Positions 1 to 9,106 of a stretch of DNA of 64,000 bases are shown piece by piece. The notes below the pieces were generated by a model that saw only the letters and a list, made by a program, of their open reading frames with translations, had not been told where the DNA came from and did not search any database. The DNA comes from Candidatus Melainabacteria bacterium 17Bon1m (lineage in GTDB: Bacteria; Cyanobacteriota; Vampirovibrionia; Obscuribacterales; Obscuribacteraceae): NCBI GenBank assembly GCA_032128875.1, contig JAVLKG010000009.1:32001-96000 (forward strand), in the 5' to 3' direction. A program made the position numbers and the translations under genes. The stretch's first letter is position 1. The number at the start of each line of letters is the position of its first letter.

Positions 1-50
1 AAGTGCGTCGGCAGAAGTCGACAAAAATCGAGAAGATTTAGAGGATTACT

Positions 51-902
51 ATGCCATACACGGCCGAAATCAGCAGAACCAATCCATCGTGTTTTTTATT
101 CCTTATAGATCAATCCGGGTCTATGCAAGAACCGTTCGGCACGAAAGACGGTGCGGCTGGCGGCAAGACCAAGGCGGAGAGCCTTGCGGATGCCATCAAT
201 AGATTGCTTCAAAATCTGGTCATCAAATGCGCGAAGTCAGACGGAATACGAGATTACTACCATGTCGGCGTTATTGGATACGGTGGCACAGGCGTCGGAC
301 CAGCGTTTGGCGGCGCTTTGAAAGATAAGGAGATGGTTCCTGTCAATGAGATTGCTAACAATCCTATGCGCGTCGAGCAGCGCGTCAAAAAGGTGGACGA
401 CGGTGCCGGCGGTTTGGTCGAGCAAAAAATCAAATTTCCCGTTTGGTTTGACGCGAAGGGTGAGGGCGGAACACCGATGTGCACCGCGTTCATCACCGCC
501 AACAAACTCCTGACGAAGTGGCTCGCGGAGCATCCTGACTGTTTTCCGCCCATCGTTATCAACATCTCTGATGGCGAATCGTCGGACATGGACCCCTATC
601 AGGCGGCTATGGATTTGATGAATCTGTCGAGTACAGATGGGCAAGTTTTGCTTTTCAATCTCCACCTTTCGTCCTCGAGCGAGAAAGCAATCGAGTATCC
701 CAACGACGATGAGAAATTGACTGAAGAGCACTCGAAGGTTTTGTTCAGCATGTCCAGCGTTTTGCCGGAGTACATGCAAAAGATGCTCTCGGCCGAGGGC
801 GTCCCGGTAACGTTCGCGACACGAGGATTTGTTTTCAACGCTGACCTTGTCTCAGTAATTCGATTCCTCGACATCGGCACAAGACCGGCAAATCTTCGCT
901 GA
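51..902 (+). CDS. von Willebrand factor A (TerY-like) domain protein
   Basis: MIDAS motif DQSGSM, GGTPM Thr and ISDGE Asp; GAGGA RBS before the ATG. Confidence 0.88.
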   Translation: MPYTAEISRTNPSCFLFLIDQSGSMQEPFGTKDGAAGGKTKAESLADAINRLLQNLVIKCAKSDGIRDYYHVGVIGYGGTGVGPAFGGALKDKEMVPVNEIANNPMRVEQRVKKVDDGAGGLVEQKIKFPVWFDAKGEGGTPMCTAFITANKLLTKWLAEHPDCFPPIVINISDGESSDMDPYQAAMDLMNLSSTDGQVLLFNLHLSSSSEKAIEYPNDDEKLTEEHSKVLFSMSSVLPEYMQKMLSAEGVPVTFATRGFVFNADLVSVIRFLDIGTRPANLR

Positions 903-960
903 GTCGTTAACTCATCGGACGTTCGAGAAAACCAGACGAACGTTCTATCAAAGGAATAGC

Positions 961-1701
961 ATGCACGTCACCGGAAAATTATTTTGGATGCCCAAGAAGG
1001 GCAATTCAATTGAAGAGTACGAAGACGCTGCGTATCCGGTTGAGTCATTCGAAGTTGATGTTGCTGAATTCAAATGCGCGGTCGCAGACGGTGCGACTGA
1101 AACATCCTTTGCAGGGTTTTGGGCTGCACTTTTGTGCGAAGGATTTGCGAAAGGCTACGCAATAAAAGAACTGCGGCAGACTTGGAACGATGCAGTTAGG
1201 CAAAAAGAATTACCCTGGTACGCGGAAGAAAAACTAGAAAAAGGTGCGTATGCCGCGCTTGTTGGTTTGCACTTGAAGAAGCCGCGTGGGAAGAAGAATC
1301 CTTATGTTGTGGAGGCGACTGGAGATTGCTGTATTCTGCACGTGAGAGAAAACCAGGTGCTGTCAGCTTTTCCGATATCGAAGTCGGATGATTTCAATAA
1401 TTCTCCTGCGCTGATTTGCAGTCACGAGTTTGCGTCAGTTGATGCGCAAATGCAAAAACACATGACGAAGGGTGAATGGAAGGACGGTGACTCCTTCTTT
1501 CTGCTTTCAGATGCGCTTGCCTGCTGGGCGCTCAAACGTCAGGAAGAATTGCAGGACTTGGCCAATGTTTTGCAGAACGTTGAAACGCAAGAAGACTTGA
1601 ATCGTTTGGTAGATGAGGAAAGGCAGCTGATTTTGGAAGATGGCCGCCCATCAATGAAAAACGACGACGTTACGCTTTTGTGTGTGACCGTTTGTAGCTA
1701 G
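961..1701 (+). CDS. PP2C-like (PP2C_2/SpoIIE-type) protein phosphatase, TerY-associated type
   Basis: Metal-binding motifs EDA, VADGA, GDC, LSDAL, NDDVT; directly follows the vWA gene. Confidence 0.82.
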   Translation: MHVTGKLFWMPKKGNSIEEYEDAAYPVESFEVDVAEFKCAVADGATETSFAGFWAALLCEGFAKGYAIKELRQTWNDAVRQKELPWYAEEKLEKGAYAALVGLHLKKPRGKKNPYVVEATGDCCILHVRENQVLSAFPISKSDDFNNSPALICSHEFASVDAQMQKHMTKGEWKDGDSFFLLSDALACWALKRQEELQDLANVLQNVETQEDLNRLVDEERQLILEDGRPSMKNDDVTLLCVTVCS

Positions 1702-1971
1702 TAGAAATTTAATAATGCCCTGTTTCCGTTACCGCGGGATTTTACCGCGGGTGCGGGGAACGTGGTCCTATTGAGTTGTCATGAGATCTGGGTATATATT
1801 TTTGGGGTATACGTATTTTCCCCATAACGCCCGCAGGCTGCGGAGTTTAACTCTCACTTAATTTGACTCTTGGCAGGGGCGGCATTAATCTGTAGATGGC
1901 GAATATGAATTGAGGTCCGCGCAGGCGGACTCCGATCTTGGCGTGAGAAAGACAAAAGGCTGGTTGTCTCG

Positions 1972-3726
1972 ATGAAGCAATTGTTTCAGGCGTGTTTGAC
2001 GTTGGGTGATGGAACAGGCAGCAATGGTGGTCACGACCTCTCTGCTTACACCGACGAAGAACATCTCTCTGGTAACCGCAAAAGGTTGAGCAAAATGAGC
2101 GGGCAGTACGCCGCTCTTAAAAGTGATGCGAAGGCTGCTCAGTTTTCGCAAGCAAAAATCGACTGTAATCCACCATCGACTGCTGTTGCAGCGACGAATG
2201 CAACATATTCGTATCAGGCATCTTCGAACATATTACGACTGCCTGTTGAAGACGAAGAATACATTGAGAGTTTGGTTGATATCGCTATTCAGACTGTTTC
2301 AGAATGCGACGAACTAAGCGAAGACATTGATCTACTCGCGGATGCTGCAGCGAAAGTTGCCTCAAAAATATCGCGAGCAATCACGACTGAAATCGAAACG
2401 GCAAGCACGACTCCAGTAGCCCCTACTAGCGAGTCGAATGTGCAAGAAGTTGTAGATCCGAATGCAATTACGGCAGAACTACCGGTGCTGAATTTCGAGC
2501 CACCGAAAGACGAAAATCGCAGCGGACTTAGTGGCAGCTTCCCGCGTCAAAATAGCAGCGGGCGAAAAATGTCTCATTGGACAAATCGTAAGGCTGCCGG
2601 AGCAGACGCCTGGGATACGCGCGTCGAATCCGGGCTGAAGGCCTACGAAAACAATAAGAAGTACACCAGCAGTTATGACAATCTGCCAATTATCGGTTCG
2701 GAGATGCCCGAAGGTAGCAGTTTTATTGAGCTGCCGGATGCGTCAATGGAAATTGAAACTTTTGGTTCTGGCGAGGTGAAGATGATCACTTCGTTCGACA
2801 ATCAAGGAGCAGGAATTCGCAGACTTTCAACGTTGCGCAGTTCGATGCGAATGATTGAGCGTCACGATAATGACGAACTTCATAAACCGCTCGACCCTAG
2901 CAACTCGTATGATGCGTTCAACTCTTTCGTTTCATATAAGTCTGAGAGCGAGTCGAAGAAGATGTCTTTAGCGGACGAAACCTCTGCTGAGTTCGCTGCA
3001 TCATTCGAGCAGAATTCAGAAATTGATGTGCAGGCAGTTTCACAAATCGACGAGTCTACAGGTTCCGAATTTATTGATTCTGTTTCGGATGATTTGCTCG
3101 GATGCTTGGATGAGCTGCTCTCAGAATGCATGGATGCGGCTATCGCGTATGAAGATGTCGTTTCGCAACTGGACAATACAATCGAAAGCCTCGAATCAAA
3201 CACATCGGTAATTTCGTTTGCTCCAGAGCATCAGGATGCTTCGTTCGTTGAAGGCTATGCGGGCAACTTCTCCGTGACACTGGCCGAATCGCTCGCCGTC
3301 TGCGAAAAAGCAGACGTTGCAGGTCACGTTCATGATCAAATCTGTTTCGATCCCAAAGCATTTGCGCCACATACGATTGATGGCGAGCCGATTGAAGCAA
3401 GCTGTGTTTTTGATGCGACCGAAAAGCTTTCTTTCAAAGCTTCCGAAAACATCCTCTCTAACCTCGAATCGATGTTCAACCTCGATCCGCTTTCGCAAGT
3501 TGACGAAGTTGCGTTGGCGCCGCAAACCAATAACGACGGTGAAGTGGAAATTGAAAGTGTTTGTGTAGTTTCTGATGAAGATTGCGAAATGCTTGAAATT
3601 GCTGCGGTAGGAGGAAAGCCTTCGCGTCAAAAAACGAAGGGCACATCACGCTCGAAGAAAAATCAAACGCGCAAAGAGAAAAAGAGTGGTAAAAAACGCG
3701 CAGCAGCTGCGGCTGCAAACGCTTAG
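1972..3726 (+). CDS. Hypothetical acidic, low-complexity protein with Lys/Arg-rich C-terminal tail
   Basis: 584 aa ORF rich in S/E/D/A, ending in ...KTKGTSRSKKNQTRKEKKSGKKRAAAAAANA; followed by palindromes and T-tracts. Start uncertain. Confidence 0.65.
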   Translation: MKQLFQACLTLGDGTGSNGGHDLSAYTDEEHLSGNRKRLSKMSGQYAALKSDAKAAQFSQAKIDCNPPSTAVAATNATYSYQASSNILRLPVEDEEYIESLVDIAIQTVSECDELSEDIDLLADAAAKVASKISRAITTEIETASTTPVAPTSESNVQEVVDPNAITAELPVLNFEPPKDENRSGLSGSFPRQNSSGRKMSHWTNRKAAGADAWDTRVESGLKAYENNKKYTSSYDNLPIIGSEMPEGSSFIELPDASMEIETFGSGEVKMITSFDNQGAGIRRLSTLRSSMRMIERHDNDELHKPLDPSNSYDAFNSFVSYKSESESKKMSLADETSAEFAASFEQNSEIDVQAVSQIDESTGSEFIDSVSDDLLGCLDELLSECMDAAIAYEDVVSQLDNTIESLESNTSVISFAPEHQDASFVEGYAGNFSVTLAESLAVCEKADVAGHVHDQICFDPKAFAPHTIDGEPIEASCVFDATEKLSFKASENILSNLESMFNLDPLSQVDEVALAPQTNNDGEVEIESVCVVSDEDCEMLEIAAVGGKPSRQKTKGTSRSKKNQTRKEKKSGKKRAAAAAANA

Positions 3727-3759
3727 CTCTTAGAACGCTAGTTTTGCATTGTTGAGATC

Positions 3760-3868
3760 GTGGGGGCGCATTGCATGCGCCCTTTTTTTGTGTCTTAGCC
3801 CTCTAGAGTGTGGGGGCGCGTTGCACGCGCCTTTTTTGCTTTAGTGTGGGGGCGCGTTGCACGCGCCC
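3760..3868 (+). repeat. Three tandem REP-like palindromes, family A (GTGGGGGCGCRTTGCAYGCGCCC)
   Basis: Copies at 3760-3782, 3810-3831 and 3846-3868, each followed by a T-run; the same element recurs elsewhere in the window. Confidence 0.85.
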
Positions 3869-4080
3869 TTTTTCATTCCTAGGGCTCTCTCATTGATGTC
3901 TGCGAGGAGAAATCCGCTCGAGTAGCGAAGGTTTGTCCAACCAATGTCCAACGGGCGCCCTAATGTTTATGCAACCCCCGCAAATGCCCTTTGTTCCCTG
4001 CCCAAAACACTTTTCCTTTAGGTTCAACCCTCTGTTCAGACTCGAACCCCCCCTAATTCCCACCCTTTGGAGACGCAATC

Positions 4081-4767
4081 GTGAGCGACCTCAATCTAAA
4101 TGTCAGCGATGCCTACAAGCCTTCCGATAAGCAAATGTCGGACCTCTCCTTTGCTGCACAATCGTTTCAGATGGGTGCCAAGGAGATGCAGGCAATCGCA
4201 GGAAAAACCGGCGACTCTGTAACTGCTGCTGGGTTCGCCTCGGCTGACGATCTACTGGCTGGCTTTGGCGATTCTCCACAAACGGCGTCCAACAAGCCGG
4301 AGCCTGCCGACAAAAACGAATTGCTCGCGCAATTGAAAAAGGCTTATGCCGAAGACACAAGTCCCGAAGCAATCAAAGATTTCTTGGCTGACAAACCAAG
4401 CGTGACGCCTGAGAAGTTCAAGCAGATAATGGAACAACGCGTCGCCGGCCAAGCCGAAATTATCTCGGAACTGAACCCGAAACAATTGCAGATAGTTGCG
4501 GATTTGGCAGATGCCGTCAAACGCAACGACGACAAACAAATCACCAAAATCTTGCAGGACATTCCAGCCGACATCACTGGCAAAATCGCATTCGCTGCGA
4601 CGTATCAATTGCAGGTTGATGGTGTCACGAGAGTCGGCGTCGAATCTAGAAACGTAAGCGGCAAAGGCTATCTAATCATCAAAGACGGCAACACAAGAAC
4701 TCAAGAAACATTTGATCGAGTGAGCGGCAAAAAGCTCGGCACCAACTCTATGGATATTCAGATGTGA
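4081..4767 (+). CDS. Hypothetical protein
   Basis: 228 aa ORF, GTG start after GGAGA, protein-like composition, converges on the TPR gene; no family recognised. Confidence 0.7.
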   Translation: MSDLNLNVSDAYKPSDKQMSDLSFAAQSFQMGAKEMQAIAGKTGDSVTAAGFASADDLLAGFGDSPQTASNKPEPADKNELLAQLKKAYAEDTSPEAIKDFLADKPSVTPEKFKQIMEQRVAGQAEIISELNPKQLQIVADLADAVKRNDDKQITKILQDIPADITGKIAFAATYQLQVDGVTRVGVESRNVSGKGYLIIKDGNTRTQETFDRVSGKKLGTNSMDIQM

Positions 4768-4771
4768 GCAG

Positions 4772-6028
4772 TTATAGGTCTCGAAGTTTGCCAGTATAGT
4801 CTTCGAATTTCGGATCTATCTTTAGCAAGAACTGCCAATCCCTTTTAGCACCAACCTTATCACCAAGGTCCAACTTTAAGAGTGCTCTCTGGTAATATGG
4901 GCAACGAGCATGAGGCGCTACCTGTATCGCTTTTGTGAAGTCTTTAAGTGCACGTTGCGAGTGACCAAATCGGCTTTCAAACATACCGCGAAAGAGATAA
5001 GGGGTTGAGCAATTTGGAGCCAGTGCAATTGCTTGCCCACATTGTTCAATAGCAGCGAACCTCCTCCTATAACGCCATAAATGGATGGCGTAGTCGGTAC
5101 GAATCTCTGCGTCCGAAGGTGCAAGAACCATTGCTGTTTGAAACGCTTTCTCAGCCCCAACCTTATCATTGAGTTTAGAAAGTAAGTTTCCCTTTTCCCC
5201 AAATGCCTCGGCGTTCGTCTTATCTAGCTTTATTGATGCTTCAATATCATTCAGGGCGCCCCTGTATTCACGCACGTGAGATCGGACTCTGGCTCTGAGG
5301 ATATACACATCAGGATTCTTGGGTGACAAATCGATAGCCTTGTCGAAATCCTCTATGGCCAAACGATTCTTATTTTGTGAGGCTCGCAGGCAACCGCGTT
5401 CTTCAAAGTATCTGCTATTCGTCGGCTCAAGAGTTATTGCCTTCGAAAAGCTAATCTCCGCTTCGCTATTTCGATTAAAGGATCTTTCCGCCAGGCCTTT
5501 GAAGTGATGTGCGGCGGCGTTGGTTGAATCCAAACTGATAGCATGTTTGCAATCTTCAATTGCTCTTGTTGAATCGAACAATAAGTAATGAAGGCGCCCT
5601 AGACTAGAGTGGAAGGTTGAATTGGATGGCTCCATGCGGCATGCTTGTAAAAGATCTTGCAGCGCGCCCACGTCGTCTCCCATGCTCTCTCTAACCATTG
5701 CTCGATTGTGATGTGCACTCGCGGCCCAACAGTCCTGCAAAATGCAGAAGCTAAAGTTGTTGAAAGCATCGACATTTCTTCCAAGGTCATGATTTGTAAG
5801 CGCCAAATAGAAGTGCGCTTCCGGCAGAAGTGGGCAGTACTTAAGTGCCTGAGATAAGCTTCGTTCGGCATCTTCGAGTTGATGCATCCTGTACTGTGTC
5901 TTTCCCTTTTCATACAGACCAAGCGCACTGTGATAATAGACCCAGCCGACAAAGCCGAGTTGTGGCATGTAGCCAACGGCAGTGCCCGCGATAATACTCA
6001 AAGCTATTAGTAAGACTGGAATTCTCAT
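4772..6028 (-). CDS. Tetratricopeptide repeat protein with N-terminal signal/membrane anchor
   Basis: Hydrophobic N-terminus and about ten 34-aa TPR units (e.g. AIEDFDKAIDLSPKNPDVYILRA). Confidence 0.88.
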   Translation of the reverse strand: MRIPVLLIALSIIAGTAVGYMPQLGFVGWVYYHSALGLYEKGKTQYRMHQLEDAERSLSQALKYCPLLPEAHFYLALTNHDLGRNVDAFNNFSFCILQDCWAASAHHNRAMVRESMGDDVGALQDLLQACRMEPSNSTFHSSLGRLHYLLFDSTRAIEDCKHAISLDSTNAAAHHFKGLAERSFNRNSEAEISFSKAITLEPTNSRYFEERGCLRASQNKNRLAIEDFDKAIDLSPKNPDVYILRARVRSHVREYRGALNDIEASIKLDKTNAEAFGEKGNLLSKLNDKVGAEKAFQTAMVLAPSDAEIRTDYAIHLWRYRRRFAAIEQCGQAIALAPNCSTPYLFRGMFESRFGHSQRALKDFTKAIQVAPHARCPYYQRALLKLDLGDKVGAKRDWQFLLKIDPKFEDYTGKLRDL

Positions 6029-6294
6029 AGAATCAGCATATAGCTGATCTGGTTATGTGGAAAGCGTAGAACCACGAGCCTGCCAGCTTCCGCAGATAGA
6101 ATTCTGCAGTAATGCGGGAACTTCTTCCAAGTCTAAAGGTCTTGCCGAGCAAAGGGAACGTACTATGGCTTTCACAACCAGAAGCGGGCGGGTGCTCGCT
6201 TCAGTTCCTTTGGCGGACTTTTAGGTGCGAGGGAAAAGCATGCTTGCCGGTGAAATCGTGATACACGAATAGGCCCTCGACGAACAGACACAAA

Positions 6295-6323
6295 AGGAAA
6301 GCAGGGTGTTCCCCTGCTTTCCT
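6295..6323 (-). terminator. Intrinsic terminator of the LRV-repeat gene
   Basis: 12-bp stem AGGAAAGCAGGG/CCCTGCTTTCCT with a T-run on the minus strand, about 55 nt after the stop at 6378. Confidence 0.75.
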
Positions 6324-6377
6324 CTAGCTATTCGATGTTTGCACATGCAAACAGTTGCGTCGGACAAGTCTATCTAA

Positions 6378-6830
6378 CTATGTCGCCATGCAATCTACGC
6401 CACTGGCGACCATTGGAAATGCCACGATATTTCCTTTGGCTTTCTCTTTTGCAAGGCGGCTGTAGAAGCTGGCTAGAGTCTTTTGAGCGCGGCAGCTGAC
6501 ATAAGGGTTTTCGTCCTGCGCAAGCCTTGTTAGCACTCCCATTGAAATGTATGGGTCTTCTGCTAGCCCATGACGGACGGTGGGGTCGGGGTCACGCACC
6601 AAGCTCAGTACGATTTCGAGCGGCGCAGCGCGATTGGTGCCCGCGGCCAAGCGTACCTCTGGATCATTGTCTACGGCTAGTCTCTTTAGTATCCATTCCG
6701 GAGTGCTTTCGTTTTCGGCTACTCGCCTGCGAATTCTGGGACTCTCATGTAGTGAAAGCGCATCCAGTATTTCGTGCGCATTCGGTGTCTTACCGGCTTT
6801 AATGTAATCTCCTAACCAGTTCGTGTGCAT
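6378..6830 (-). CDS. LRV/HEAT-like repeat protein
   Basis: ~24-aa repeats (IRRRVAENESTP, VRLAAGTNRAAP, VRHGLAEDP); ATG at 6830 with GGAGG RBS. Confidence 0.8.
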   Translation of the reverse strand: MHTNWLGDYIKAGKTPNAHEILDALSLHESPRIRRRVAENESTPEWILKRLAVDNDPEVRLAAGTNRAAPLEIVLSLVRDPDPTVRHGLAEDPYISMGVLTRLAQDENPYVSCRAQKTLASFYSRLAKEKAKGNIVAFPMVASGVDCMAT

Positions 6831-7439
6831 AGGTATCACCTCCGCTCCTCGGGTGGGATGATTTCAGTGTGTAATAAATTGGAACAGTTTCAGGAGGGGG
6901 CAGCAATGACATCTGCTGCCCCGATTTTCCTTTAAATCAGCCTGGCGGGCTGTTCTTACTCGATATGGAGATTTCAATTCCGTTTAAGATATGCGAACCA
7001 ACCTCCTCATTTGATAAAGGGTGCTTCACTAACTCAACGGAAGGACTAAAACCTTCCAAGAATTTTTTATAGCAAACGCATCACCCGATCGTCAAGAGGG
7101 TTTGGAAAAGTTTTTTCAGATATTGAAGACCTGCTGTGGGATGGAGTCTTGCTGTGGTGCCTTGTCAGGAAATACGTGCGGTTTTGACAGAGTTTTTTGA
7201 GCTGAACTCTGCCGAACATATATGAGGATTTTGCACTGAGGGCAGTGGCAAAAAAGTTTAAAAAATGGTGTAAAAAAACCGGGGGCGCGTTTTCGAATCG
7301 ATAAATTATTTGGTGTGAACTTTCAATCGCTCTTTCAGCTGGATAACGTAGATCGGCTGGGGCAGGGGTTTAAAGAGTTTCGGTTTTAAAGAATTCCAGC
7401 CCCGATTGAGCGAAATCAATAAAAGGAGGCGTAGGAATA

Positions 7440-7874
7440 ATGTTGTTACCAAGACTTATTGGAAACGATTTCTTTGGCTCTCTTAAAGATATGCAGCGTG
7501 TTCAAGAACAGCTGAACCGCCTCTTCTACGAGGAGGGCAAGAGTGCCGAATTCCCACCAGTAAATGTATGGACATCGCCTGATGGTGCTATTGTTCGGAC
7601 TGAAATTCCGGGAATTGATCCAGAGAAAATTGACATCACTATCGTAAATGAAACGCTGACGCTGAGAGGCTCGCGAGTGGAGGAGTCAACTAAGGACTGC
7701 CATTCATGCCACCGCAAAGAGCGTGGATTTGGTCAGTTTGTGCGCAGCTTGCAATTGCCCTTTATTGTGGATTCTGACAAAGTCAAAGCAACCTTTAAAG
7801 ATGGTGTTCTAGAAATTGAACTCCCTCGAGCCGAAGCGGACAAGCCGCGCCGAATAAGCGTTGTATCTGAATAG
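7440..7874 (+). CDS. Hsp20/alpha-crystallin small heat-shock protein
   Basis: PPVNV...EIPGIDPEKIDI...ERGFGQFVRSLQLP...ATFKDGVLEI and terminal ISV motif; AGGAGG RBS. Confidence 0.93.
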   Translation: MLLPRLIGNDFFGSLKDMQRVQEQLNRLFYEEGKSAEFPPVNVWTSPDGAIVRTEIPGIDPEKIDITIVNETLTLRGSRVEESTKDCHSCHRKERGFGQFVRSLQLPFIVDSDKVKATFKDGVLEIELPRAEADKPRRISVVSE

Positions 7875-7902
7875 TCTCAAGATTTTTCAAAGGAGATTTG
7901 AT

Positions 7903-8328
7903 ATGTCCACAGAAGTTATGGAAGCTTGCAAAAAAGAGCAAGAAAATCAAAAAATGCAAGTTACTCAGAACACGGAAGCCGAGCACACTCGTGCTGGTAA
8001 GGTTTTTGTCCCAAGAGCAGATATCTACGAAACACAAGAGCAGCTCCTCATTTTGGCTGACATGCCCGGAGTAAAAGAGGAAGGCGTAGACATAACTCTA
8101 GAACAGAATATTCTTACGATCTATGGAAAAGTAGAACAGCCACAACTGGAAGGCTACACACTCGCTTACTCTGAATATGGAGTTGGAGACTTCCGCCGAG
8201 TATTCGCGCTGTCGAACGAAATCGATCGTGACGGCATTCAAGCAACTATCAAAAACGGCGTGCTCAAGCTGGTCTTGCCTAAGAGCAAACGAGCAATGCC
8301 GAAGAAAATTGCTGTGAGTGTTGAATAA
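7903..8328 (+). CDS. Hsp20/alpha-crystallin small heat-shock protein
   Basis: PRADIYET...ADMPGV...ATIKNGVLKL and IAV motif; ATG at 7903 after AGGAG. Confidence 0.92.
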   Translation: MSTEVMEACKKEQENQKMQVTQNTEAEHTRAGKVFVPRADIYETQEQLLILADMPGVKEEGVDITLEQNILTIYGKVEQPQLEGYTLAYSEYGVGDFRRVFALSNEIDRDGIQATIKNGVLKLVLPKSKRAMPKKIAVSVE

Positions 8329-8389
8329 CAAATTTGAAACTCACGTAAATACGGTTCAATCCAATTTGGTCTCAAGAAGGAGGCTTGAC

Positions 8390-9043
8390 ATGAAATCGAA
8401 TTGGAAACTACATTTCCTCAACGACAAACTGCGCAAAGGTAAGGTTGTTGTGGTCGCACTGCTGGTCGGGCTTTCGCTGGGCTTTGCGGGTAGCCAGGTT
8501 GTTCATTCCATGAACGAATCGTCCAAGGAGGCGACAAAGGTTCCAGTCCATTCGGATAAAGATGTGGCACATGAACGCCGGTTTGATTTCGCCTTTCCTC
8601 CCTACATGTGGGGCGGCGGTCTGCTGCGCGACAGTATTTTCCGTGACTTCGACGATCTCGGCTATTTCCCTGCTTCGTTTGAAAATGATTGGAAGATAGG
8701 TAGTTTTGTCTCAACTCCAAGAATCGACACGAGTGAATCTGCCTCAGAACTGAGAATCACAGCAGATGTGCCGGGCATCGACGAAAAGGACTTGGAAGTG
8801 TCTGTGTCTGACAATCTGGTGACAATCAAAGGTGAGAAGAAGAGAGACAGCAGCGTCTCTGAGAAGGACTCAAAAAAATCAGAGCGATTTTATGGAACTT
8901 TTGCGCGTTCGCTGAATCTTCCTTGCCGAGTCGATAGTGAGAAAGCCGAAGCCAGCTTGAAGAATGGTGTGTTGACGATTGTTATTCCGAAAAGTCAGTT
9001 AGCTCAGAAGGAATGTAAGAAGTTAACCATCAGAACACAGTAG
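8390..9043 (+). CDS. Hsp20 family protein with N-terminal hydrophobic (signal/TM) segment
   Basis: ATG at 8390 after AAGGAGG; basic stretch then VVVVALLVGLSLGFAG; C-terminal alpha-crystallin domain (PRID...ADVPGI...ERFYGTFARSLNLP...ASLKNGVLTI). Confidence 0.88.
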   Translation: MKSNWKLHFLNDKLRKGKVVVVALLVGLSLGFAGSQVVHSMNESSKEATKVPVHSDKDVAHERRFDFAFPPYMWGGGLLRDSIFRDFDDLGYFPASFENDWKIGSFVSTPRIDTSESASELRITADVPGIDEKDLEVSVSDNLVTIKGEKKRDSSVSEKDSKKSERFYGTFARSLNLPCRVDSEKAEASLKNGVLTIVIPKSQLAQKECKKLTIRTQ

Positions 9044-9059
9044 GTCCGTGAGAGGGCGC

Positions 9060-9100
9060 AAAGCAGGCTGCAGCAGCGACTTCGCAGCCTGCTTTTCCTT
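9060..9100 (+). terminator. Intrinsic terminator after the hsp20 triplet
   Basis: Stem AAAGCAGGCTGC/GCAGCCTGCTTT followed by T-rich sequence. Confidence 0.75.
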
Positions 9101-9106
9101 TTGGGA

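Noticed and set aside
3760-3868. Three near-identical 23-nt repeats as a mini CRISPR array
   Set aside because: Spacers are unequal and short (about 27 and 14 nt), no cas genes are present, and the same unit is dispersed singly through the window, which is REP behaviour.
6530-6538. TTAGCACTC, a CIRCE half-site near hsp20 genes
   Set aside because: Lies inside a coding sequence, lacks the second arm, and is about 900 nt from the hsp20 start.
6897-7010. GC hairpin plus minus-strand AGGAGG suggesting a tiny gene or sRNA
   Set aside because: Only an 8-codon ORF (MRRLVRIS) containing the AGGAGG itself; no properly spaced start; insufficient support.
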